DNA from: Thermoplasmata archaeon
Lineage (GTDB): Archaea > Thermoplasmatota > Thermoplasmata > Lutacidiplasmatales > UBA184
DNA: 64,000 bases
Reading direction: 5' to 3'
NCBI GenBank assembly: GCA_028864975.1
Contig: JAGWLG010000012.1
Location: 15,745 to 79,744, forward strand
A program made the position numbers and the translations under genes. The notes under the pieces are model-generated. The model saw nothing but the letters and a program-made list of their open reading frames with translations, ran no database searches and was not told the origin of the DNA. This document shows positions 9,548-22,000 of the stretch, piece by piece. How positions within the stretch are numbered: position 1 is the first letter of the stretch; each line of letters begins with the position of its first letter.

Positions 9548-10019
9548 CGCTCCCGTGAAATCGGGTGCCGGTTCCAGTCTTGCCAATATCCGCGCACAGG
9601 GCGCAAGACGCCCGAGGAAGAGCCCACCTTTCCTGGTCCCACCGTCGGGGAGAAGGCACGACGCAATTGCCCCCTTGGCTTGTGTAGCAGTTGAGGAGAA
9701 CGCCCCCCCTACGACACGCATCATCGACGTATCGACGCGAACACCCCCCTGGAACTCGTGGGAGCCCGGGCGCTACGCGTCCGGTACGTGGGGCTTTTTC
9801 GTGTCCCACGGGATGGTCCCGACTACCATCCTGGCGGCTGCTTCCCCGGGGGAGGGAGGGGAGGAGGAAGGAGTGCGGAGAATGGTCGGGAAGAAGGCCT
9901 GCCCTTCGGGGGGGCCGGGACCTGGTCGAGGGTCTCTGCTTCGGAAGGCGCCGAACCGACTCCCGGGAGGTCGATGGGCTCTCCACTAGACTTGAATAGA
10001 CGGACCGAAATGGGTTCGC

Positions 10020-13000
10020 ATGTCAAAGACCCCGACACGGCAGTCTGACCTAGCGAACCCCGTCGTCCACCTAGTCAAGGTTCGAGGAACGAGCTCGCTG
10101 TCGCGACGATCGGGTAGCATCGGGGATCGTGCCGGACTCATCGGGATATTGCTTCTATTGGGGCTGCTGGTCGCACCGACTACGGCGTTCACGACCACGG
10201 GGGCCTTGCTGGCGAAGCTGCCCTCCGCGGAGGCGCCCCCTCCGGGGACGGTCCAGGGCGTGGCAAGCCTCTCGCTCTCGGCTCTTGGTAACTTCCCGGC
10301 CCCGCCCCTTGGCTCCGGGCCTTCGGCCCGGCTCCCCGGCGTGATTGACGGCCCCGGGGGCGATCTGGGCGCGCCCCTCGGCCTTCCGCCTTCCGCGTCG
10401 GTCTCTGCCGGGACTCCCCCAACCACGGCATCCCGGGCCCCCTCGTCGGGAGCCTCCACTCTGCCTCCGCCCCCCTCTTCCTCAGTCTCTTCCCCCTCCA
10501 CCTTCTCCTCATCCTCCGCGGCGGGCGCCGCGGAGCTTGCGCAGGCGAGCGCCTCCCTCGGTCAAGGCGGAGGACCGGCGCAGGGCCATGCCATGTCGTG
10601 TGCGGCGTCGGCAGCGGGGTCCTTCGAGTGCGATGCGAAGGCTGACGCATCTCCGGATCTAGGATTGGGGACCCAGAGCACCACGTGGACCGAAATGGGT
10701 ACGCCGGGAATGAGGGACGCTGCCTCCATGGTCTATGACCCGGCGGACGGCACGGTGGTCCTCTTCGGGGGGTACTTCAGCGGTCTCACCCAGGCGGACA
10801 CCTGGGAGTACCACGGCGGCGTTTGGTATCCGGTGGACTCTCCAATCTCTCCGCCGGCCCGCTACGCGGCGGCGATGGTCTACGACATCCCCGCCGGCTA
10901 CGTATTGCTCTTCGGGGGCCAAGGGGCTGGGACTTCAGGGTCCCTCCAGGACACATGGGAGTTTTCCGGAGGGACCTGGGTGCAACTCACCTCGACCTCA
11001 TCGCCGGGGACACGGTATGGCGCCACGATGACGTACGACGCGGCGGACGGATACGTAGTGCTGTTCGGGGGGTTTGGGTGCTCCACGGGCTCGGGCTGCG
11101 TGGCGAGCCTCCTCCAAGACACGTGGCAGTTCTCGGGGGGGGCCTGGACCCAGCTCACTCCGACCACGTCGCCGGGAACCCGGTATGACGCCTCGATGAC
11201 CTACGACACTGCGGACGGGTACGTGGTGCTGTTCGGGGGGCTTGGGTGCTCCACGGGCTCGGGCTGCGCGGCGAACGAGATCCAGGACACCTGGAAGTTC
11301 ACGGGAACCACCTGGACCCAGCTCTCCATCCTCGCACTTCCGGGAGCCCGGAATGGCGCCTCGATGACCTACGACGGGGCGGACGGGTACGTGGTGCTGT
11401 TTGGCGGGTATGGGTGTTTCACGGGGTCAAGCTGCGGGTTGCATTGGCTCCAGGAAACGTGGAAGCTCATGGGGACCACCTGGACCCTGCTCACTCCCGC
11501 GGCCTCGCCGGGAATCCGGGAGGGGGCCACGATGACGTACGACGTGACGGACGGGTACGTGGTGCTCTTCGGTGGCCACGGGCCCGGGTCCGCAGGGGGC
11601 CTCCAGGACACCTGGAAGTTCTCCGGAGGGACTTGGGCGCAACTGGCTCCGACCACGTCGCCGGGAACCCGGACTGGCGCGACGATGACGTTCGACGTGA
11701 GGGACGGGTACGTGGTTCTCTTCGGAGGGTTTGGGTGCTCCACGGGCTCGGGCTGCACGGTGGACTACCTCCAGGACACGTGGAAGTTCACGGGGACGAC
11801 CTGGACTCAGCTCTCTCCTACCACGTCGCCCGGAACCCGGCTTGCGGCCTCGATGGTGTACGACTCGGCGGATAGGTATGTGGCGCTGTTCGGGGGGTAT
11901 GGGTGCTCCACGGGCTCGGGCTGCGCGGTGGGCTACCTCCAGGACACGTGGAAGTTCACGGGGACGACTTGGACCCAGCTCACACCGACCACCTCGCCGG
12001 GGACCAGGGAATACGCCTCGATGACCTACGACGCGGCTGACGGGTATGTGGTGCTGTTCGGCGGATATGGGTGCTACACGGGCTCGAGCTGCACGGTGGA
12101 CTACCTCCAGGACACGTGGCAGTTCACGGGGACGACCTGGAGTCAGTTCGCCCCGACCACGTCGCCGGGAACCCGGTATGACGCCTCGATGACCTACGAC
12201 ACTGCGGACGGGTATGTGATGCTGTTCGGGGGGTTCGGGTGCTCCACGGCCTGCAACTGGCTCCAGGATACCTGGAGCTTTGGGATTCCGCTGACGGACG
12301 CTACGCCTTCGGCGTCGCCCAGCTCCCTGGACGTCGGCCAGGCCTTGCTCCTCACGTCGTCCGCCACCGGCGGGGGCCAGGGCGCCTCTCACGAGTTCGG
12401 TTGGTGGGGGCTACCCCCAGGATGCTCGACCGCAGTGCTGACCGTGAGCGTTTCCTGCACGCCTTCCAAGGCCGGGACCTACTACGTGGGCACGGTCGTC
12501 TCGGAGTCGAACGGTATACCTCTGGCGACGGGACCGACCACCACGGTTACGGTCTATCCGGACCCGAGCGCGACCGCGTCCGGGTCGGCCTCCTCGCGCG
12601 ACGCAGGCCAGACCGTGACCCTGACCGGGCTGACCTCCGGAGGGCTCGGCCCGTTCTCAGGCATCGTCTGGAACGGCCTTCCCACGGCAAGCAGCTGCGC
12701 CGCCGCCGGGAGCCTCACCTGCGCCATCACGCTCTCGTCCTCAGGGGTGGGACAATGGACGATCACCGTCTCCGCCACGGATGCGAACGGCTTCACGGCC
12801 ACCTCGATGGGCGTGGCCCTCACGGTCGACCCAGCGTTGTGCGCCAGCCCTTGCGGGATCTCGGGCGGGACCTCGCTCGATGTGGGGCAAACCGCGACCG
12901 TCCAGGCCTCCGTGAACGGAGGGACAGGGACCTACTCGTACGCCTGGTCCGCCCTGTCCGGGGCGGGGTGCCCGACGACCTCGGCGTCGACGGTCGATTG

Positions 13001-16000
13001 CACGCCCACCGCGACGGGATCGTTCACCGTGGCGTTCGTGGCGACGGACACGAATGGGGCCACGACCGCCGCCTTAGGGGTCGTTCTGACCGTCTCGGCG
13101 GACCCCACCATCACCGCTCCAACCGCTTCGAGGGCGACCCTGGACGTGGGACAGGCCACGACGCTGACCACCACGGACGCGGGAGGGAGCGGGACCCTGG
13201 TGGTCTCGTGGTCCGGGTTGCCGACGGGGTGCCTCAGCTCGAACACGCTGTCGTTCAGCTGCTCCCCCACGGCGGTCGGGACGTTCACGGTCTACGCCAA
13301 TGTCCAGGACACGCACCTGTACAACGCCACTTCGGGGCCGCTGACCGTCGTGGTGTCGCCCAGGCTCAATCCGGGGGGTTCCTTCGCGAGCCCGGCTTCG
13401 TTGGACCTTGGCCAGGCTACGACGTTCGTGACCAATGTCAATGGCGGTACCGGTAGCTACTCCTACGGTTGGATGGCGCTCCCTCCAGGGTGCGCGGCCG
13501 CCGATACCGGCACGCTCGTCTGTACGCCAACCGCGACCGGGTCCTTCCTCGTCACAGTTTCCGTCGTGGACTCGAACAACAATCTTGTGTCCCCGGCTGC
13601 CATCGCGCTCACGGTGGGCCCCGACCCTGTGGCGGGGAGCCTCGTCGCCTCCTTGCGGGGCCTTCCTCAGCTCGGGTCGGCAAGCGCTCCGCTCACCCTG
13701 GGATCGACCCCCTCTTGGGTCCTCTACGACCCCGGGAACGGTATGGTCTACGTGGGGCAAGGGAACTGCTGCGGCGCGGGGAACACGGTCTGGGTGGTGA
13801 ACCCCTCGACAGGAACGCTGGTGAAGACCATCACGACGGGCAACCTCCCCATCTCCTTGGCGTACGACAGCGCTCGGGGCGAGGTCTTCGTCGCCGAGTA
13901 CGGGAACGCCCAGGTGCAGGTGATCGACGACTCGACCAACGCGCTCGTGGCCACCATCCCGATGCCGGACGAACCGCTCAGCCTCGGATACGACAGCTGG
14001 AACGGCGACGTCTACGTGGCGCTCTATGCGACGAACCGAGTGGCTGTCATCGATGGCGCCACCGATTCGATCGTCTCGCTCATCGGCGTGGGGTCGGGGC
14101 CCAACAGCGCGGCCTTCGACCCAGCGACCGGGGACGTCTGGGTCGGCGACCAGAACGGTGCCGCCGTGACCATCATCAACGGTGCCACCAACACCGTGGC
14201 GGGGACGGTGACCCTGGCGGCCGGTTCGGTCCCGGTGTTCCTGGTCTACGACCCGGCCAACGGCGACATGTACGTGCCCACCGGGACCACGCAGTCCATC
14301 GACGTGATCGATGCGACGTCGGACGCGATCGTCGACACCGTCGCCACGACGTTCAACCCCGAAGAGAGCGCGCTCGACACGGCGAACGGTTACCTCTACG
14401 TGGCGGACATCAGCGCGTCGGCGAACGAACTCCAGGCCCTGGACACGCGGACCAACACCCTCGTGGGGACCGTGGGGCTGGGGACGACGGCCTACGGGGT
14501 CGCCTACGACAGCTCCAACGGAAGATTGTACGGGAGCGGCTTCGGGAACGGGGACCTCTTCACGGTCCGCACGCTCTCCTCCGTCTCCCTCCCGAGCTCC
14601 ATGAGCGCCGACGTCGGGCAGTCGGTCCTCCTCTCGGCCTCCTTGACGGGCCAGGGGAGCGGTGGGGACCGGGTGTCCCTCTCCGTCTCCCCCGCCGCGG
14701 GGTTTACCTGCATCGCCGACCCCTACGGGTACGCGAACCTTAGTGCCGGATGTCTCGCCGAGACCCCTGGCTCGTATCAGCTATACTTCCAGCTGACGGA
14801 CTCGAACGGATTCACCGTCTCGACAGGGACCCTGACGCTCGTGGTCGATCCCGCGCTGGGAGGAGCCAGCGTCTCCGTCTCCCGTCTCGCCCTCGACGTG
14901 GGACAGACGACGGCCCTTTCGGCCTCCGTGAGCGGGGGCGCGGGCAGCTACGCGTACGCTTGGTCGACCCTGCCGACCGGATGCTCGGTGGGCGACGTCG
15001 GCGCCTTCAGCTGCGTGCCCTCGGGCGCGGGGTCGTTCGCGGTGGCCCTCATCGTTACGGATGGGAACGGGGCTTCGACCTCCGCTGGGACGACCTTGTC
15101 GGTCTCCCTCGACCCCACGATCTCGCCACCCACCGGGACCCTGACCCGTCTGGATGTGGGGTCCTCGACGGTCCTGGCTGCGACCGCTACGCCCGGTAGC
15201 GGTGGGGACGTTTACGCCTGGAGCGGGCTTCCGACCCCGTGCCTCTCTTCCAACGCGCTCTCCATCGTCTGCGCTCCCAGCGCGTCGGGCGAGGGGACGT
15301 TCGACGTGACGGTCAGCGTCGTCGATTCGAACGGCTGGAACGTCACCTCCGGCCCCCTGACCATCGAGGTCGACCCCCCACTGGGGATCTCCTCGTTCAC
15401 AGAATCCCGCCCCGCCCTTGACGTGGGGCAGACCGTGGTCTTCGCCGTGAGCCCGACCGGCGGCTCCGGGGTCTACACCTACACGTGGGGAGCCATCCCC
15501 GCTGGATGCGCGCGGGTCGACGCGGCCACGCTCACTTGTGTTCCCACCGGGAGCGGTAGCACCACGGTGTCGGTCTCCGTGGGCGACACGAACGGAGCCT
15601 CGCTCCCGTCGGCTGGGCTCGCGGTCGTGGTCAGCGCGGACCCCGCGGTCTCCTCGCCGGGGGCGAGCACGAGCTCGCTCGACATGGGCCAGTCCACGAG
15701 CCTCTCGACCGTGGTCTCGCCGGGGAGCGGCACGGATGTCCTCTCCTGGGCGGGCCTCCCTGCGGGCTGCCTGAGCTCGAACGCGAACCCGGTCTCGTGC
15801 GCGCCTTCGGCCTCCGGGACCTTCACCGTCACAGTCGCTGTCCGGGACTCGAACGGGATGAACGTGAGCTCGGGCCCCTTGACGCTCGTCGTCTCCCCCG
15901 CGCTCTCCGCGGTTGCCTTGACCGCCTCTCCGGGCGCGCTCGACGTGGGGCAGAGCTTGACGTTCTCGGCCTCGGTCTCCGGTGGCTCCGGGGTCTACGT

Positions 16001-19000
16001 CTGGTCCTGGGCGACCCTCCCGACGGGGTGCGCGGGCGCGAACGCTGCCACGCTCACCTGCTCGCCAACGGCCGCGGGCTCTTACAGCGCCCAGGCGACG
16101 GCGACGGACTCCAATGGGGCGTCCTCGAGCCACAGCGCGGCCATCGTGGTGTCCGCGGCGGTCACGGTGGGCTCCATCTCCGCGACACGCTGGGACCTGG
16201 ATGTGAGCCAGAGCTCGACGCTCACGGCCACGGTCGCGGGCGGAAGCCCCTCCTTCGCCTACGCCTGGGCGGGCCTCCCTGCCGGGTGCCTGAGCTCGAA
16301 CGCGCTCTCGCTGTCCTGCTCCCCCACCGCGAGCGGGACGTTCGCCCTCACGTTCTCGGCTCGGGACTCGAACGGGATGAACGTGAGCTCGACCACGATG
16401 GCCATGGTGGTGTCCCCAGCGCTGGGGACCCCCTCGATAACGGCCTCCACCCCGAACCTGGACGTGGGACAGACCGTTTCGTTCCTCGCCGCCGAGTCGG
16501 GAGGGACCGGCAGCTACAGCTACTCGTGGACCTATAATGGGATCCGGGCGGACCTGGTTGGTTGCACGGGGCAGGCCACCGCGAGCCTCACCTGCACGCC
16601 CACGAGCTCGGGCGTTCCCAATATCGTGGTCACCGTCTCGGACAGCAACGCGGCCCCCCCCCAGACCCGGTCGACGACCGTGACGGTCTCGGCGGACCCG
16701 ACGGTCCAGCCGATCACGGGGAGCCGGACGACGCTCGACCTCGGACAGTCGACCTTGCTCTCGACCACCTCCGCCCAGGGTAGTGGTGGCCCGACCTACG
16801 CCTGGGCCGGCCTCCCCGCTGGGTGCCTGAGCTCGAACGCTCTCTCGATCACCTGCGCTCCCGCGGGGGCCGGCACGTTTAGCGTGACGGTCTCCGTGCG
16901 CGACTCCAATGGGGTGAACGTGAGCTCGATCCCCCTGACGTTGATCGTCTCTCCGGCGATGGGAAGCGCAGCCCTCGCGGCCGCGCCATCTGCCCTCGAC
17001 GTAGGCGAGACGACCACGCTGTCTTCCTCGGCCTCGGGCGGGACAGGGGTCTACGTTTACGCCTACTCGGGCCTGCCCACGGGATGCTCCTCGGCGAACA
17101 GCGCGACGCTCGCCTGCTCCCCCTCGGCCGCGGGGACCTTCCCCTCGGTCGCGCTCACGGTCACCGACGGGAACGGTGCGACGGCCACGGCCATGATTCC
17201 GATCGCCGTCTCGGCGGCTCCCGTTGCGGGGACGCCCGCGGCCTCCAAGCCCTCCCTGGACGTGGGTCAGACCACCTCGATCAGCGCCCTGGCCTCCGGA
17301 GGGAGCGGCGGCGACGTCTACTCCTGGAGCGGTCTCCCCACCGGGTGCCTGAGCCAGAACCTGCTCTCCTTGACCTGCACCCCCACGGTCGCGGGCACCT
17401 TCAGCGTGCGCCTCTCGGTGCTGGACTCGAACCGGATGAACGTCACCTCGGGAACGCTCACCCTAGCGATCTCCCCCGCTCTCGCGGGCGCCTTGCTCAC
17501 CGCGAGCCGTAGCCTCCTCGACGTAGGCCAGACGACCCTCTTCGCGGCTTCGGCTTCGGGCGGTGCGGGAGGCGACACGTTCGCCTGGTCAGGGCTGCCC
17601 AGCGGTTGCTCGGGGGGCAGCTCGTCCTCTGTAACCTGTGTCCCGGCTGCCAGCGGACCTTTCACCGTGAGCATCGTGGCGACGGACGCGAACGGGGCTA
17701 CCGCCTCCGCGAACGTGGCCCTCACGGTCTCCAGCGACCCGTCGGTGAGCGTCCCCTCGTCCTCGAGGAGCTCGCTCGACGTGGGACAGAGCACGAGCCT
17801 CTCCTCCGTCGCCACGCCAGGGAGCGGCACGCCGGTGTACGCCTGGTCGGGGCTGCCCACGGGCTGCCTCAGCGCGAACGCGCTCACGCTCAGCTGCGCC
17901 CCGACGGGGGCCGGGACCTTCGTGGTACGGGTCACGGTCCAGGACTCGAACGGGATGAACGTCAGTTCGGGGACGCTGACCCTCCTGGTCTCCACGGCGC
18001 TAGGGACCCCCTCGCTCTCGGCCTCCACCGCGACGTTGGACGTGGGGCAGAGCGTCACCTTCACGGCGACCGAGGCGGGCGGCAGTGGGACCTACACCTT
18101 CACGTGGACGTGGGCCGGGAACCCGGCCTCGTCCGAAGGGTGCACGGGGGGGAACGCGGCCACCATCGTCTGCACCCCCACCTTCTCCCAGTCCCCGAGC
18201 GTCGTGGTCTCGGTCTCCGACAGCAACGGCATGGGCGGGCTCGTGGCCTCCACGTCGGTCGTCGTGTCGGCGGACCCCACGGTGACCTCCCCAGGCGCAA
18301 CCCGCTTGGCCCTCGACATCGGCCAGTCGACGGTCCTCTCCGCGACCGCCACCACGGGGAGCGGTGGACCCACCTACGCCTGGTCGGGTCTGCCGACGGG
18401 CTGCCTGAGCGCGAACGCCCTCACGGTCACCTGCTCCCCGACGGCCGTCGGCACCTACAGCGTGTCGATCTCGGTCCGGGACTCGAACGGGATGAACGTG
18501 AGCTCGACTACGTTGACCTTGGTGGTCTCCCCCGCACTGGGAGCCGTCGGGCTCTCCGCCTCGTCCTACAACTTGGACGTGGGGCAGTCCACGACGTTCT
18601 CGGTCTCGGTGAGCGGCGGCACGGGCAGCTACACCTACACGTGGGGATCCCTTCCCTCCGGGTGCGTGGGGTCGTCCACGCCTACGCTCCTCTGCGCTCC
18701 GTCGGGCGCCGGCAGTACCACCGTGGTCGTGTCCGTCGCGGACACGAACGGGGTGCTCTCTGGCTCGGGGCCCGTGACGGTGATAGTCCAGGCGCCCCCC
18801 AGTGTGACCTCGCTCGGTGCGACCCGACTCGACCTTGACGTAGGCCAGTCGACGACCCTCACCGCCGCGGCCACCGCGGGCAGTGGCGGCCCCGTGTACG
18901 CGTGGTCGGGACTTCCGACCGGGTGTCTCAGTTCCAATGCGCTCTCGGTGACCTGCTCGCCCACCGCCCCGGGGACCTTCACGGCGGTCTTCTCGGTGCG

Positions 19001-22000
19001 CGACTCCAATCGCATGAACGTGAGCTCGGGCGCCCTCACCCTCGTCGTCTCCCCGGCGTTCGGGACGGCGACCCTGAGCGGAAGTCGTCTCGCCCTGGAC
19101 GCGGGTCAAACGGTGCTCCTCACGACCTCGGTTTCGGGAGGATCGGGCGGCGACTCCTATGCCTGGAGCTCGCTCCCGACCGGATGTGGCGGGGCGAACT
19201 CGGCGACGCTATCCTGCGTCCCCAGCGGCGCCGGCACCCCCACCGTCTCCGTGACGGTCACGGACAGCAATGGGGCCACCGCCTCGGCCACACTCCCGCT
19301 GACCGTCTCCTCCGCCCCGACCATCTCCCTCCCGACCGCCTCGAGGACTGCGCTGGACGTGGGCCAATCCACGACCCTCAGCGCGACCGCGACCTCGGGA
19401 AGCGGGAGCCCGGTCTACGCTTGGTCGGGCCTCCCCGCTGGCTGCTTGAGCTCGAACGCCCTGTCGGTGGCCTGCACGCCCTCGGGGTCAGGGACCTTCA
19501 GCGTCGCGGTGTCGGTCGTGGACTCGAACGGGATGAACGTGAGTTCCGGCCCCCTGACCCTGGCGGTCTCGCCGGCGTTGGGGTCGGCGACCCTCTCGGC
19601 GAGCCGGAGCGCGCTGGACGTCGGGCAGTTTACCGCGCTCTCGGGCGCCGTCAGCGGCGGAACGGGGAGCTACACTTACTCCTGGGGCTCCCTCCCCTCG
19701 GGTTGCTCGGGCTCGAACGCGGTCGCGATCGTGTGCTCCCCCACCGCGGCGGGGACGTTCTCGGTGGCTCTCACGATCACGGACACCAACGGGGCCAGCG
19801 CGACCCCCGCGCCGGTGTCGCTCGCGGTCTCCGCAGCCCCCTCGGTGGGGTCGCTCGGTGCGACCCGCCTCGACCTGGACGTGGGACAGCTGACCACGCT
19901 CGCAGGGACGGCGACCGGCGGCAGCGGCGGGGACGCCTATGCCTGGGTCGGGCTCCCCACGGGGTGCTTGAGTTCCAACTCGCCCTCGGTGGCCTGTTCG
20001 CCCACCGCCGCCGGGACCTTCTCCATCGCGCTCTCGGTCATCGATTCGAACGGGATGAACGTGAGCTCGCCGTCGCTGCTTCTCTCGGTCTCTCCCGCGC
20101 TCGCGGCCGCGGCGCTCAGCGCTGGGCGGAGCGCTCTGGACGTGGGACAGGCGACGACCCTCTCCGCTTCCGCCTCGGGCGGGTCGGGCGGCCTCTCCTA
20201 CTCCTGGTCGGGGCTGCCCACCGGCTGCAGCAGCGGGGGGCGGGCTTCCTTCGCCTGCGCTCCGACCTCCCCCGGGACGTCCTCGGTGTCCGTCGTGATC
20301 ACGGACTCGAACGGAGCGAGCGTCTCGGCCTCGACGACGCTCACGGTCTCGTCCGCGCCCTGGGCCGGGTCGCCTACGGCGAGCCCGAGCGCTCTCGATG
20401 TCGGGCAGACGACCGCCCTTGCCGCCACCGCGGGGGCGGGGAGCGGTTCGCCGACCTACGCCTGGGGGGGCCTCCCCGCGGGGTGCTTGTCGGTGAGCTC
20501 GCTCATCCTCACGTGCTCCCCCATGAGTTGGGGGTCGTTCACGGTGGTGCTGAGCGTTGTGGACTCGAACGGGATGAACGTCTCCTCCGCGCCACTTCTG
20601 CTCCCCATCTCTCCGGCTCTCGCCGGGGCGACCCTCTCGGCTTCCCCCGGCGCGCTGGACGTGGGGCAGTCGACTGCCCTCTCCTTCTCCGTCTTCGGCG
20701 GCTCCGGCGGCTTGACCTACGCGTGGTCCGGTCTTCCCGCGGGCTGCGCGGGAGGGAACTCGGCCACGCTCCTCTGCTCGCCCACCGCTAGCGGCACCGG
20801 CCTTGCGACGGTCCGTGCGACCGACGCCAACGGCGCCTCGGTCTCGGCGAGCGTCTCGCTCACCGTGTCGGCGGCCCTCTCCGTGGCTGCGCCCTCCGCC
20901 TCCCCCTCGGCGGCAGACGCGCAGCAGGCCGTGACGCTCTCCGCCCTGGCTTCCGGAGGGGCGGGCACCCTGGTCTACGCATGGTGGGGCCTTCCTTCCG
21001 GATGCCTCTCCTCGAACCTGGCGACCCTCCCCTGCACGCCCGCGGCCCCGGGGAGGTTCATGGTGGGCTACAGCGTACTGGACGCGAACGGAGAGAACGT
21101 GAGCTCCCCCGCGCTCTCCTTCAGCGTGTCGGCGGCGCTCTCGACCCCTGTCCTGGCGGCCTCCTTAACGGCGCTGGACCTGGGCGAGGGCACGACGATC
21201 GCCGCGACGGTGGCGGGGGGGTCCTCCCCCCTCGCCTATGCCTGGGCCGGGCTCCCGACCGGGTGCACAGGGTCCGACACGCCCACCTTGGCCTGCGCGC
21301 CCTCCCTGACCGGGACCTTCTCGGTGTCGCTCAGGGTCTCTGACGCGAACGGGGGCACGGCCACCTCGGCAGCTCTGACGCTCACCGTTTCGGCCGCTCC
21401 CACGGTGGGGATTCCGATGGCGACGCTGACGTCGCTGGACCTGGGGCAGACGACCTCGCTCACGGTGCCCTCGACCCCGGGGAGCGGCGGGCTCGTGCTG
21501 AACTGGTCGGGACTCCCGACGGGCTGCCCGGCCTCGGGGCTCCCCTCCTGCACGCCGACCGCGACCGGCACGTTCTCGATTTGGGTCTCGGCCAAGGACT
21601 CGAACGGGGTCACCGTCGTGGGCGCCCCTCTCGTCCTCACCGTTGACGGGGCCCTCGCGGCGGTCACGCTGACCGCGAGCTCAAAGGACGTGGACGCGGG
21701 GTCAGAGGTCACGCTGACAGCCGAAGTCTCGGGCGGGAGCGGGGGTTACGCCTACTCGTGGTCCGCGCTTCCCACGGGCTGCGCGGGGGCGGACGTCGCC
21801 ACGTTGCTCTGCTCCCCCTCGGCCGCCGGGTCGTTCGCGGCCGCGGTCCAGGTCTCGGACACGAACGGGGCCACCTCCTCGGCCTCGGTCTCGATCACGG
21901 TGAACGCCCCGCTCTCTGTCGCGCTGTCGGATAGCCCCACCTCCGCCTCGAACGGGGCGACGCTCACCTTCACGGCGTCCGCGGCGGGCGGGAGTTCGCC

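Noticed and set aside
11013-12284. Diversity-generating retroelement acting on the Kelch loops (blades 7 and 8 differ by two A-to-G changes in the variable loop)
   Set aside because: Differences among the other blades are not adenine-restricted, both copies lie in the same ORF, and no reverse transcriptase or accessory gene is in the window.
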